Assembly: GCA_040390065.1 (NCBI GenBank)
Contig: JAZJZE010000005.1
Location: 245,170 to 309,169, forward strand
Origin: a bacterium
Lineage (GTDB): Archaea > Thermoplasmatota > E2 > JACPAO01 > JAHFTW01
DNA: 64,000 bases
Direction of reading: 5' to 3'
Numbering within the stretch: position 1 is the stretch's first letter; each line of letters opens with the position of its first letter. The notes beneath the pieces are model-generated. The model saw only the letters and a program-made list of their open reading frames with translations. It was not told where the DNA came from and searched no databases. The position numbers and the translations under genes are program-made. This document shows, one piece after another, positions 9,216 through 18,811 of the stretch.

Positions 9216-9956
9216 CTACCGCAGCATCGTCTCTTTGTCGCACTTGGGACAGCGCAGCCGCACCGGCCGTTCGGGTGGAGCGAGCAGGATGGCGCCGCAT
9301 CCGCCGCACTTGCCGCGGGCCATCCCCTTGGGAGTCCAGTTCGGATCGTCCTTCGCCTCGCCGATGCGCGCGATGACGACGGGGACGCTCGGCTCCGGTT
9401 CGAACATAGCGGCGGCACGGCCCACGCTGCGCGGCGCGCGCGGCGACGGCGGCGTCTCGTCGGCCTGCATTTCCTTGAGTTGACCCCGCGTAATCCCGGT
9501 CGGCCCGGAGCGCTGGGGCCAGCCCTTCGTGTCCCGCCCGATGTTGCGGTTGGGCGGCAAGACCACCGTCGGCTTCTCCTGGGGCACCGGAATGGCGATG
9601 TGGCCTGTCTCGTCGTCTTCGTCGGGTTCGTCGTCGACCTTGAACTCGAAGGCGAGGTTGCGGGTCGGGGTGAACGTCGGGGCTCCTGCCGGGGCGGCGG
9701 GCGTAGCCGGGGCGACGTTGCGGCGCTGCAGGAGGATCAGGAGCGTCCCGAACAGGGCGGCCAGGGCCACGAAGGTCAACCCGAAGCCGAGCCAGTCGAA
9801 GAAGCCGCCGCGGGGTTGCGCGTTGGCGCCGCGGAAAGCGTACAGCGTCGTGAGGAGCCCCAGGATGCCGAGAGCCAGGAAGATGGCCGACAAGAGGCGG
9901 TAGCCGCCGCGCCCGATGCCGTCCTGAAGGTGCACGACCCAACAGGGTTGGGCCAT
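9216..9956 (-). CDS. Membrane protein with C-terminal Zn ribbon
   Basis: Two TM helices, Pro-rich linker, CGGC...CPKC. Confidence 0.7.
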   Translation of the reverse strand: MAQPCWVVHLQDGIGRGGYRLLSAIFLALGILGLLTTLYAFRGANAQPRGGFFDWLGFGLTFVALAALFGTLLILLQRRNVAPATPAAPAGAPTFTPTRNLAFEFKVDDEPDEDDETGHIAIPVPQEKPTVVLPPNRNIGRDTKGWPQRSGPTGITRGQLKEMQADETPPSPRAPRSVGRAAAMFEPEPSVPVVIARIGEAKDDPNWTPKGMARGKCGGCGAILLAPPERPVRLRCPKCDKETMLR

Positions 9957-10126
9957 GGATATGAAAAGTTCCTTTCGATTCCTGTTGGCGGGCCCTGGGC
10001 CGGGCGGCGGATCGAAACCGGGTTTCGTGGGCAACGCGCAGCCTCGCCGGCCTGAGCGTGCGGCGATGTGGGATTGAACCCCGGTGCATGAGAAACGCCA
10101 TATGCCCGGCGGTGGCCCTTCAGCCC

Positions 10127-11437
10127 ATGCAGACCACGCGCGCCCGGCTCCGCCGCTTGCTCGCCCCCCTTGTCCTCCTCACGATGCTGGCCTCGGCCGC
10201 AACCGGCCTCCACGTCGTCGGTGTCTGCGACGGGCAGCCCCTCGATGCAGCCCCGTGCACACTTTGGCACCGCGCCGATGCCGGCGACCAGCTTGCATGG
10301 AAGGCGGACACGCCCGTCCTGGCATCGCCGTCGGGCGACCGCGTCTACGTCATCCTGGACGGCCAGGACGGCGCAAGCGTGCGGGCCTTCGATGGCGCGA
10401 CCGGGGCGGTGGCGTGGAGCATGCCTCTTGCGGGCGTCGCGGCGTCGCTCCGGCTGGCGCCGGATGGAAAATCCGTGTACGCCTCAACCTACGCCGGTGT
10501 CTGGGCGCTTCGTGCCACTACCGGCGCGGTCCTGTGGAGCAGCGCGATCCTTGGCGGCGGCATGGTCCTCTCCGACAACGGCAAGACGCTGGTCGCGCAC
10601 CATGCCAACCTTGCGCCGGCAGGAACGCCTGGACTGAGCGCGGTCCGGGCAGAGACCGGTGCAACCTTGTGGGCGCGCGCGGCGTCGTACGGCACGCTTG
10701 CAGCCAATCCAGGAAAGCGCCTCTTCGCGCAGGGTCCGGACCAGCAGGGCTTGTCCATCGCGGCCATCCGCATGACGGACGGCGCCATCCTCTGGCAGCA
10801 ACCGGCCGACCCGGGGACGCCCGTCGGGCAACCGTTGCTGTCCGCGGACGCGCCCTCCGGCAGCGTCGTCTTCGCCGCGCGGACGTTCACGGGCACACCG
10901 AGCCTCCACGTCGTCGTCGGGCGCCTGGCCGCCGGCACGGGGCAGTTGACGTGGAGCTCGGAGATCCAGCCCGCCCTCGGTGCTACGACGGCCGACCCGC
11001 CAGTCGGCCTGGCAATCGATGGCCCGCTGGGCGTGCTTGCTGTCGCGGGGTCAACCCAAGTGACGGGCATGCGACTCGCGACAGGGCAGGCCCTGTGGAC
11101 GTTCTCATTCCTGTCGCCGCAGGGCCAAGGGATGTTCGCTGGCATCACGATCAATCCCGTTGCGCACCAGTTCTGGGTCTTCGGCCTGCAACGCCTAAGC
11201 GTCGCCCAGCCCGCGCAAGGCATCCTCGTCGCCATCGGAACGCAGACGGGCAAGGAAGTGGCCGCGGCGACGTACGCGCCCACGGCGACGGACGCCGTCG
11301 TGGAGGGATTGTCGGTTTCCCACGACGGAACGCGGTTGTTTGCGGCCGGCGTGCAGATCCAGAAGGTGCTGCCCAGCGGCTCCGACCTGGTGGTCTTGGC
11401 CTACCCGTTGCCCCTGGCGCCGCCGGTGCGAATCTGA
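10127..11437 (+). CDS. Secreted PQQ-like beta-propeller repeat protein
   Basis: Signal peptide; repeated A.xG..LW blade motifs. Confidence 0.75.
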   Translation: MQTTRARLRRLLAPLVLLTMLASAATGLHVVGVCDGQPLDAAPCTLWHRADAGDQLAWKADTPVLASPSGDRVYVILDGQDGASVRAFDGATGAVAWSMPLAGVAASLRLAPDGKSVYASTYAGVWALRATTGAVLWSSAILGGGMVLSDNGKTLVAHHANLAPAGTPGLSAVRAETGATLWARAASYGTLAANPGKRLFAQGPDQQGLSIAAIRMTDGAILWQQPADPGTPVGQPLLSADAPSGSVVFAARTFTGTPSLHVVVGRLAAGTGQLTWSSEIQPALGATTADPPVGLAIDGPLGVLAVAGSTQVTGMRLATGQALWTFSFLSPQGQGMFAGITINPVAHQFWVFGLQRLSVAQPAQGILVAIGTQTGKEVAAATYAPTATDAVVEGLSVSHDGTRLFAAGVQIQKVLPSGSDLVVLAYPLPLAPPVRI

Positions 11438-11543
11438 TCTGCCTGGCGCCGGGCCTGGCCGCCAAGTGGGCGCCCGTTGCGTCGAGTGCGCCTGCGACCG
11501 AACGTGGTCGCAGGCCTCATGGCCCCCAGGCCAGTGGCGGGCC

Positions 11544-11729
11544 ATGGCCAAGAAGGTCTACCCAGCCTGGCAGTACTACGCGGCAGCCGCCATCGCCCTG
11601 TTCTTCGGCATCGGCCTGCTCGCGCAGCAGAGCTTCGTCTACGGTGGAGTGTTCACCGCCGTCGGGCTGGTCTTTGCGGCCTTCGGCATCGCCAACGGCC
11701 GAAAGGCGAAGCGGCCCGTGAACCGCTAG
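11544..11729 (+). CDS. Small two-TM membrane protein (61 aa)
   Basis: MAKKVYPAWQYY... with two hydrophobic helices. Confidence 0.6.
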   Translation: MAKKVYPAWQYYAAAAIALFFGIGLLAQQSFVYGGVFTAVGLVFAAFGIANGRKAKRPVNR

Positions 11730-11731
11730 AC

Positions 11732-11816
11732 TCAGCCGTCCTTGCGGGTCTTGAGGATCTCCACGTCGATGCGGAACGATTGCCCCGCTAGGTCGACGTT
11801 GGATTCCTTCATGCCT
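11732..11816 (-). pseudogene. Orphan duplicate of the psmA 3' end (27 codons plus stop)
   Basis: GMKESNVDLAGQSFRIDVEILKTRKDG* versus the gene's GMKESNVDLAGQSFRIDVETLKPRKDA*. Confidence 0.9.
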
Positions 11817-11956
11817 ACGACCTTCAAACGAAGGTCGATCACGTTGCGTCCGCCGGTCCTTTCGAACCGGCATCAGCGCCGCCGGAGCCCCGGCTCCGTC
11901 GGCGGTCGTATGGCCTCATTCCATGTCGGCCCCACATAGCCCCGCTGGGGAATCCT
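11817..11956 (-). mobile_element. 140-bp hairpin-rich miniature element (same family as 51602-51684)
   Basis: Minus strand: CCCCAGC..CTATGTGGGGCCG..AGGCCATAC ... TGATCGACCT-N8-AGGTCGT|AGG; flanked by 85-bp recoded duplicates. Confidence 0.65.
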
Positions 11957-12628
11957 TCAAGCATCTTTTCGGGGCTTCAGCGTCTCGACATCGATGCGGA
12001 ACGATTGCCCCGCCAGGTCGACGTTCGATTCTTTCATGCCTTTCAGCGTCGCGTCCGCGGCGGCGCGCACGACATCCTCGAGCTTCTTGCCCTTGGCCTT
12101 CATGCCTTCCGCGAGCACGTGTTCCGCTTGGCTGGCTTCCTTGCCGAGGGCGATGCCATTGCGGTCCGTCGCGTTGCCGTCGACGTCGCAGTGGTACACG
12201 GCGGGGATCTGGCCGCGGTTGTCGAAGCCGGCGACGATGATGCCGACGCCGAGCGGGCGCCGGTAGCTCATGCCGAGCTGGTGCAGGTAGTCGGACAGCG
12301 CAAGGCTCACTTCCTTGGGCGAGACCTCGCTGCCGAGGACGAACTTGTGGTTGACGGCGAGGTCGCGAAGCAATTGCCGGACCTGGTTGGTGTCGCCGCC
12401 GTGGCCGGTCACGAGCACGACGCAGTCGCGGCTGACGCGGATGACTTTGTCGGCGCCCGTGTACAGCGGGTTGCCGTCGCGGTTGACGGTCGCGACCACG
12501 ACTTCCTTGTCGTTGCGCGCCGCGATGATGGGCAGGCCCATGCCGAGGGTGATGCGGGCGTACTTGATGGCCGGGATGCTGCCGGTCTCGTCGAAGTGCA
12601 GGTAGGCGGTGTCGACGGTGGGCTTCAT
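11957..12628 (-). CDS. psmA: Proteasome subunit alpha-like, divergent
   Basis: Ntn-fold motifs DKV, GxxxD, RPLGVGIIVAG, VYHCD..G, ALG; degenerate N-terminal gate; coupled to psmB. Confidence 0.75.
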   Translation of the reverse strand: MKPTVDTAYLHFDETGSIPAIKYARITLGMGLPIIAARNDKEVVVATVNRDGNPLYTGADKVIRVSRDCVVLVTGHGGDTNQVRQLLRDLAVNHKFVLGSEVSPKEVSLALSDYLHQLGMSYRRPLGVGIIVAGFDNRGQIPAVYHCDVDGNATDRNGIALGKEASQAEHVLAEGMKAKGKKLEDVVRAAADATLKGMKESNVDLAGQSFRIDVETLKPRKDA

Positions 12629-13257
12629 TTCATGGCCTCCGCGGTGTCCTCGGTGACTTCCTGGCTGAATGTGAACGTCTTGAGTTGGTATTCGCCGGTG
12701 TTGGGCAGGGTGTAGACGACCATGCCGTTGCCGGACGCCACGTCGCGCTGCGTGCTTGCACGGACGGCGCGCTTTGCAAGGTCAACGGCGGTCGCGATGG
12801 TCTTGACCTTCGCCCAGTCGGCCGATTCCAGCACGCCGACGGCGGGGCCGGTGCCCGATCCGGTGACCGTGAAGTCCTTCTTCTGGATGAGCGACCCGTC
12901 GCCGCCGACATCCCACAGGTGGACGCCGTCGTTGCCGCGCGTGGCCAGGATGAACTGGCCGTAGATGCCGCCCGAGCGCTGGATCGTGTGGGCTGCAAGC
13001 TTGGCAAGCTCATTTGGCGAGAGCGGCCAGCCGCGCCGGGACTTCGTGTACTCGAGGTTGAGGCGGAGCATGTGCGCGTAAGCCTGGGCCTGCGCGACGG
13101 AGCCGGCGATGGTGATCGCGGAATCGGTGTCCAGGGGCTCGATCTTGACGACGTCCTTGTCGGCCACGTAGTACCCGGCAGTGGCCCGGCGGTCGGTCGC
13201 CATGACGATGCCTTCCGGGGTCTTGATGCCCACAGTGGTTGTCATCGTCCCGGGCAT
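12625..13257 (-). CDS. psmB: Proteasome subunit beta
   Basis: TTTVGI with Thr1/Asp17/Lys33 spacing intact, TGSG, RDVASG; start at 13257 or 13245. Confidence 0.88.
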   Translation of the reverse strand: MPGTMTTTVGIKTPEGIVMATDRRATAGYYVADKDVVKIEPLDTDSAITIAGSVAQAQAYAHMLRLNLEYTKSRRGWPLSPNELAKLAAHTIQRSGGIYGQFILATRGNDGVHLWDVGGDGSLIQKKDFTVTGSGTGPAVGVLESADWAKVKTIATAVDLAKRAVRASTQRDVASGNGMVVYTLPNTGEYQLKTFTFSQEVTEDTAEAMK

Positions 13258-13324
13258 TGTCAGCGCTCGTATAAAGAAAGGGCAGTGTGGGCATGCCCGC
13301 ATCGATGGCGTGGCCGGGCGCGAC

Positions 13325-13972
13325 TCACTTCGTGCGTGGCGGTGGGGCCCCTGGATTGGCGGAACGTTTTGCCGCGTTCTTGGCGCGAGCGCGCCGTTCC
13401 CCGGGCCCGGCAATCACAGCGTAGATGCCGCGCAGCAGGAACTCCACGACGACGACGATGAAGAAGAACGCCGCCACGAGGTCGATTCTGGCGAAGACCT
13501 GCTGCAACGCCTGGAACGCGTCCTTCACCGTGTTGAACTGAGGGTTGGCAACGAGGACGACGCCGAGCAGGCCGAGCGGCATGATCTTCCCCAGTTCCTG
13601 CGCCGCGTCCTCATGGAAATACGCGACGATGCGGATGGCAATCACGATGGCCATGCTAATGGGCAGGATTTCGTCCGGCGTCAACTGCTGGCCGCTGTTC
13701 GAGCTTCCGGCAAATGGGGCCAGCAGCGCCAACGCTCCGGCAATGACCAGGAAGAACGCGAAGGAGATGAGAGGGAACAGGAGCAAGTAGAGCGTCCGGC
13801 GGCCCGATGTGACGACGCGGTCGTCGCCGACCTTGCGGCCGAGCATGAGCCGGTGCCCCATCGGGACGTACAGCAGCGTGACGAGAAGGGTGTAGACGGC
13901 GATGCCGCCGGCATAGAGCCCGAGTTTCCCAAGCGGTTCGCTGTTGCCGCCCACCCACTGCCCGAAATCCAT
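13325..13972 (-). CDS. Multi-pass membrane protein
   Basis: About five hydrophobic helices. Confidence 0.75.
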   Translation of the reverse strand: MDFGQWVGGNSEPLGKLGLYAGGIAVYTLLVTLLYVPMGHRLMLGRKVGDDRVVTSGRRTLYLLLFPLISFAFFLVIAGALALLAPFAGSSNSGQQLTPDEILPISMAIVIAIRIVAYFHEDAAQELGKIMPLGLLGVVLVANPQFNTVKDAFQALQQVFARIDLVAAFFFIVVVVEFLLRGIYAVIAGPGERRARAKNAAKRSANPGAPPPRTK

Positions 13973-14014
13973 GCCGAGAGATGGGCGGACCCCCGGAAAG
14001 CCTTCGCGGCTTGG

Positions 14015-15526
14015 TCACATGAGCCGCTGCTGCCCGCGGTTGGCAAGGACGGGCAGGGACCGGGGGGCTTCCGGAGCCGCGTCGCGCGGGGGCGTGGGGG
14101 CGGACCGCACCCCAATCTGCCCTGCAGCAATCCGGTCCAACTCCGCGAGGAAATCCGATTCCCGGTCGCGCGGAATCGTCGCCCCGGCCGCGCCCTTGTG
14201 GCCGCCGCCCTGGCCGCCGACGCCAGCGGCTGCTTCGCGCATGGCCATCGAGAGGTCGATGCCGCGGGCATGCAGTTCGTGCGGTGCGCGGCCAGAGATC
14301 TTCGTGCGGCCGTCCGGCGTCCAGGCGAGGCCGACGAGCACCTTGTCGCGGTCCAGTTCGACGCCGCCGCCGAGGGCCATGCCGCACACGATGCCGACGA
14401 CGGTGTCGCGCACGCGGTCTTGCAAGTGCACGTGCTGGATGGCGACGCGCCGCGTCACGCCGGCCCGCACGAGTGCGTCGAGGGCGCCCACGAGGTGCTT
14501 GCGGTGGTCCAGCAGGAGGTCGAGGGCCTCGCGGTACGCGGCGCCGCGGTCGCCGCGGCAGACGGCCAAACCGATCTCGGGCCGGTCGTACCGCGCCGTG
14601 CTGTTGAGCAACGTGGAGAATTCCTGCAACTCCCGTAGCGGCGTGGCGGGCGCTTCGTTGCAGATCGTGACGACGCGACGGAACAGGGCCGGCACTTGAT
14701 GGGCTAGCCCGCAGTCCACGAGGATGGACGCTAGACGCGACCGCAGAAGGAGCCGTTCGCGGTCGTCAAGAGCGCCCCAACTGCGTTCGACGCCGCCAGC
14801 CTCGATGGGGATGCCAAGCTCCATGCAAAGGCGTTCGGCGCTGCGGGCATCGCCGGAAACCGTGGGCACGCCGGGCTCGCGGGATAACTGGAAGAATTTG
14901 CGAAGCGGACGCGTCTCGGGGCCGAACCACGTGATATCCACCGCCTGCGAAACGAGGCCGCGCGACTGGCCGTCCGCGACGAGCAGCGCGTTCGTGCCGG
15001 CGAAGCCGCCGTCGTGACGGTCTTGGCGGTCGCCGCTCGCGCCCACGAGGGCCAAGGGGAGAAGGTCCGCATTGCGCCCATCCATGGCCGCGGCGACGAG
15101 GTAGCAGCACCCGGCCCCGGAGATCGTGTTGCCCTCGATGCCGTCGAGGAGCGGGTTGACATGCGCAAAGGACTCCTCCTGTCCGTCGCGCACGAGTTCA
15201 TGGTGGTCGCATACCAGCCGCGGCGTCGTGGGGAAATGCATGTACGCAGTCGAGCCGAGGTCGCAGAACCAAAGCGCCTGGGGGTCCACTCGGGCGATGA
15301 TGTCCAGGTGGAACTGGTCGAGCGCCTTCACCGGTTGCAGGATGTGGGCAACGCCCGCCCGACTCAGCGTTTCCGCGGCGATGGCCCCGGACGTGACCCC
15401 GTCGGCGTCGATGTGATGCACGACCGTGACGGTGCGGCCTGCGGCGGCGTGCTCCCGCACCCATGAAGCGCCCCGCTGGGCGCGAACGCGAAGACGCGGG
15501 TCGAGGCCTGCAGGCAGCGCATCCAA
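14015..15526 (-). CDS. Archaeal RecJ-like DHH/DHHA1 phosphoesterase
   Basis: HIDADG, CDLG, CDHH, GDRQ, GGGH motifs. Confidence 0.9.
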   Translation of the reverse strand: MDALPAGLDPRLRVRAQRGASWVREHAAAGRTVTVVHHIDADGVTSGAIAAETLSRAGVAHILQPVKALDQFHLDIIARVDPQALWFCDLGSTAYMHFPTTPRLVCDHHELVRDGQEESFAHVNPLLDGIEGNTISGAGCCYLVAAAMDGRNADLLPLALVGASGDRQDRHDGGFAGTNALLVADGQSRGLVSQAVDITWFGPETRPLRKFFQLSREPGVPTVSGDARSAERLCMELGIPIEAGGVERSWGALDDRERLLLRSRLASILVDCGLAHQVPALFRRVVTICNEAPATPLRELQEFSTLLNSTARYDRPEIGLAVCRGDRGAAYREALDLLLDHRKHLVGALDALVRAGVTRRVAIQHVHLQDRVRDTVVGIVCGMALGGGVELDRDKVLVGLAWTPDGRTKISGRAPHELHARGIDLSMAMREAAAGVGGQGGGHKGAAGATIPRDRESDFLAELDRIAAGQIGVRSAPTPPRDAAPEAPRSLPVLANRGQQRLM

Positions 15527-15585
15527 TGGCGCCGCATACGGGTCGACCCCATAAGAGGGGAACCGGAGGCGGGTGAAGGTTCGCC

Positions 15586-15912
15586 GTGCAAATGCTCGAA
15601 TCCCGTGCGCCCCATCCGCCCGGCATGGAGCCCAGCCTCACGCCGTTCACGGCCGCGTCGCGCGGCGTCGCGCTGTGGCTTGCCGCGACCGTCGCGCTCG
15701 TGTCGGCACTGACTGCCGCCGGCGTCATGAAACCGGCCTTCCCCAATGAGGCGGGCATGGTGGCCATCGCGTGCCTGCTTGGCGCATTCCTGGCCGCCAT
15801 CGGCGTCTGGAAAGCCGAGCCGCCCAAGGCTGCCATCGCTTGGCTCGTCGTCAACGTCGCCGTCGCGGCCGTTGCCCTTGCAATCCCGGTTCCGCTCGGG
15901 CTGGCCCGCTAG
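15586..15912 (+). CDS. Small membrane protein
   Basis: Three hydrophobic segments. Confidence 0.6.
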   Translation: MQMLESRAPHPPGMEPSLTPFTAASRGVALWLAATVALVSALTAAGVMKPAFPNEAGMVAIACLLGAFLAAIGVWKAEPPKAAIAWLVVNVAVAAVALAIPVPLGLAR

Positions 15913-15963
15913 AGGCGCGCCCGCACCGCTTATCCGAAACCTCGGCCTGCAAGCACCATCTCC

Positions 15964-18807
15964 ATGTCCGCCCTCCCCGCCGCCCCGCCCCATCCCGAGA
16001 CTGGCGGCATGAACCCCGAGCTTGCGAAAATGCTCGACCTGCGGTTCTTCCACGACAACGGGTACCAGCGCCGCATCTGCCCGACGTGCAAGGACCCGTT
16101 CTGGACGACGGACGCAGCGCGCACCATCTGCGGCGACTCCAACTGCGAAGAGTACTCCTTCCTCGGCAAGCCGCTTACCACCAAGCCGCTGAGCGTCGCG
16201 CAGATGCGCGAGGCGTTCCAGGCGTTCTTCCAAGGCAAGGGGCACACGCGAGTGCCGCGCAATCCCGTCGTCGCGCGCTGGCGGGATGACATCTACCTCA
16301 ACATCGCAAGCATTGCCAATTTCCAGCCGCACGTCACCTCCGGTGAAGTGCCGCCGCCCGCCAATCCGCTCGTCGTGTCGCAGCCGTGCATCCGGCTCAA
16401 CGACCTTGCCAACATCGGCCGCTCGGGCCGGCACTTCTCGTGCTTCGAGATGATGGGGCACCACGCCTTCAACTCCAAGGAGTACGGCGAGAAGTACTGG
16501 ACGGAGGAGTGCGTCGCTTACGGCGTCGAGTTCCTCACCAAGGTCCTCGGCCTCGACGGCAAGCGCATCACGTTCAAGGAAGGCACGTGGAACGGCGGCG
16601 GCAACGCGGGCCCAGCGGTCGAAGTCTTTGCCGGCGGCCTCGAGGTCGCAACGCTCGTGTTCATGTGCCTCGAGGAAGCGGAAGGCGGTGAGTTCGTCAT
16701 CAAGGGCGAAACGTACCGCCGCATGGCCATGCGCATCATCGACACCGGCTGGGGGCTGGAGCGGCTTGCCTGGGCGAGCACCGGGACGCCGACGGCGTAC
16801 GACACCGTCTTCCCAGAAACGCTTGCGCAACTTCGCAGCCTCGCGACGACGCCGATTGCCGGCGACGACAAGGCCCAGCGCATCGTGGCCGAGCACGCCC
16901 GCGTCCAGGGCATCCTGAACCTCGACATCGGCACGAAACTCGACGGCCTGCGCGAAGAGGTCGTGAAGCGCCTGGCCGGCCATGGCATCCACACGACGGC
17001 GGCAGAACTCGCCACCGTCATGGAGCCCATCGAATCCCTGTACGCGTTGGCGGATCACCTGCGCTGCCTTTCCTTCATGGTGGGCGACGGCATCGTCCCG
17101 TCCAACGTCAAGGCCGGCTACCTCATGCGCCTCGTCATCCGGCGCGCCTTGCGATTCATGGACATCCTCGCCATCCGCGCCTCGCTTGGCGACCTGCTGG
17201 CCGCGAACATGGAACGGATGCTCGGGGAGTTCCCGGAGTTCAAGGCCGCCATCCCGCGCGCACGGGAAATCGCCGAGTTGGAGACCGAACGCTACCACGA
17301 ATCCAGGGACAAGAGCATCCGGCTTCTCGAGCGCATGCTGCAGAAGAAGAAGCAACTCACGACCGACGACCTCGTCGAGCTCTACGACACGCACGGACTC
17401 GGGGCTGGACAGGTGGCAGATGCCGCTGCCAAGCTCGGCGTCAAGGTCGAGATCCCCGACGATTTCGAGATGATGGTGGCAGCGCGGCACAGCAAGGCCG
17501 CCAAGGTCAAAGAGAAGGGCCTGCGCCTCGACGTTCCTGCGACGGACCTGCTATACTACAAGGACCAGGACAAGCGCACGTTCACGGCGAAGGTGTTGTG
17601 GAGCGGTGCTGTCGACGGCAAGCCCGCCGTCGTCCTCGACAAGACGTGCTTCTTCGCGGAGACCGGCGGGCAACCCGGCGACCGCGGCACGTTGCGCCTC
17701 CTCGACGAGACCGACTTCAAGGTCACCCAGACGACGAAGGACGGTGCGCACGCCATCCATCACGTGAGCGCAGCCATCCCTGTCAACACGACCGTCCACG
17801 GCGACGTCGACTGGACGTACCGCATGGATTGCACACGGAGCCACACGGCAACGCACATCATGAACCAGTCCGTGCGCCGCGTCCTGGGGCCGCACTCGTG
17901 GCAGGCGGGGACCCAGAAGTACCACGACTGTGCCCGCGTCGACATGACCCACTATCGGCGGCCGACACGCGAAGAACTCGCCAGGATCGAACAGCTTGCC
18001 AACCGCGTCGTCCTCGACGGCCGCAAGGTGAACCGCACTTGGTTCAAGCGCGAAGAGGCCGAGAAGAAGTACGGACTCACGCTTCTGCAAGGCGGAATCC
18101 CGAAAGGCCGCGACGTGCGCGTCGTCGAGGTCGGCCCCGCAGCCGGCGAGCCCGAGTCGGCGTTGTTCGACGTCGAGTACTGTGGCGGCACACACTGCCA
18201 CACGACGCATGACGTCGGACCCATCAAGCTCTGGCGCACCGAGCGCATCCAGGATGGCATCGAGCGCTTCGAGTACAGCGCAGGACTCTACGCCGTGGAG
18301 CGCTGGGAAGGGACCGATGATTTGTTGCGCGCCGCCGGCGAGGCGATGGAAGTGGCACCAGCCGAAGTGCCCAACGCGGCCAAGCGCTTCTTCGGCGAAT
18401 GGAAGGAACAACGCAAGCATCTGGAGGCGCTGCAGGCGAAGCTGGCCGAGTTCGAGTCCAAGGAGGCGTTGCAGTCGGCCCAGGCGTTCCACGGCGTCGA
18501 CCTGGTGTCGCTGGAAATCTCGCCCCATTCCCTGGACCCTGGAGCCAAGGCGCTGGCCGCCCGAGCCAAGACCGTGGCCCTGCTCGGAGGGGGAGGCCGC
18601 ATCGTCTTTTCACGCAGCGCGGATCTTGCCGATGAGCGCCTCAACATGGGCCGCGTGCTCCAGCAGGTCGCCAAGGAGGTCGGTTTCCGCGGCGGTGGAA
18701 AGCCCGACTTCGCCCAAGGCGGCGGCCTCACCCCCGAGCAGGTCCAGCAAGGACTGCGGCGCGGCACGGAACTCGTCAAGGACGCACTGCAGCAGATGCG
18801 ACCCTAG
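15964..18807 (+). CDS. alaS: Alanine--tRNA ligase (archaeal type)
   Basis: N-terminal Zn finger, ASIANFQP, FEMMGHHAFN, IDTGWGLERL, HTATH...CGGTH editing site, GGG..FAQGG. Confidence 0.98.
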   Translation: MSALPAAPPHPETGGMNPELAKMLDLRFFHDNGYQRRICPTCKDPFWTTDAARTICGDSNCEEYSFLGKPLTTKPLSVAQMREAFQAFFQGKGHTRVPRNPVVARWRDDIYLNIASIANFQPHVTSGEVPPPANPLVVSQPCIRLNDLANIGRSGRHFSCFEMMGHHAFNSKEYGEKYWTEECVAYGVEFLTKVLGLDGKRITFKEGTWNGGGNAGPAVEVFAGGLEVATLVFMCLEEAEGGEFVIKGETYRRMAMRIIDTGWGLERLAWASTGTPTAYDTVFPETLAQLRSLATTPIAGDDKAQRIVAEHARVQGILNLDIGTKLDGLREEVVKRLAGHGIHTTAAELATVMEPIESLYALADHLRCLSFMVGDGIVPSNVKAGYLMRLVIRRALRFMDILAIRASLGDLLAANMERMLGEFPEFKAAIPRAREIAELETERYHESRDKSIRLLERMLQKKKQLTTDDLVELYDTHGLGAGQVADAAAKLGVKVEIPDDFEMMVAARHSKAAKVKEKGLRLDVPATDLLYYKDQDKRTFTAKVLWSGAVDGKPAVVLDKTCFFAETGGQPGDRGTLRLLDETDFKVTQTTKDGAHAIHHVSAAIPVNTTVHGDVDWTYRMDCTRSHTATHIMNQSVRRVLGPHSWQAGTQKYHDCARVDMTHYRRPTREELARIEQLANRVVLDGRKVNRTWFKREEAEKKYGLTLLQGGIPKGRDVRVVEVGPAAGEPESALFDVEYCGGTHCHTTHDVGPIKLWRTERIQDGIERFEYSAGLYAVERWEGTDDLLRAAGEAMEVAPAEVPNAAKRFFGEWKEQRKHLEALQAKLAEFESKEALQSAQAFHGVDLVSLEISPHSLDPGAKALAARAKTVALLGGGGRIVFSRSADLADERLNMGRVLQQVAKEVGFRGGGKPDFAQGGGLTPEQVQQGLRRGTELVKDALQQMRP

Positions 18808-18811
18808 GCCA

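Noticed and set aside
11840-11880. Hammerhead-ribozyme-like CTGATG...CGAAA on the minus strand
   Set aside because: Lacks the CUGANGA core and the correct stem arrangement; it reads as a simple hairpin.
11732-12041. Diversity-generating retroelement TR/VR pair
   Set aside because: Differences are not adenine-specific but mostly synonymous third-position changes, and there is no reverse transcriptase in the window.
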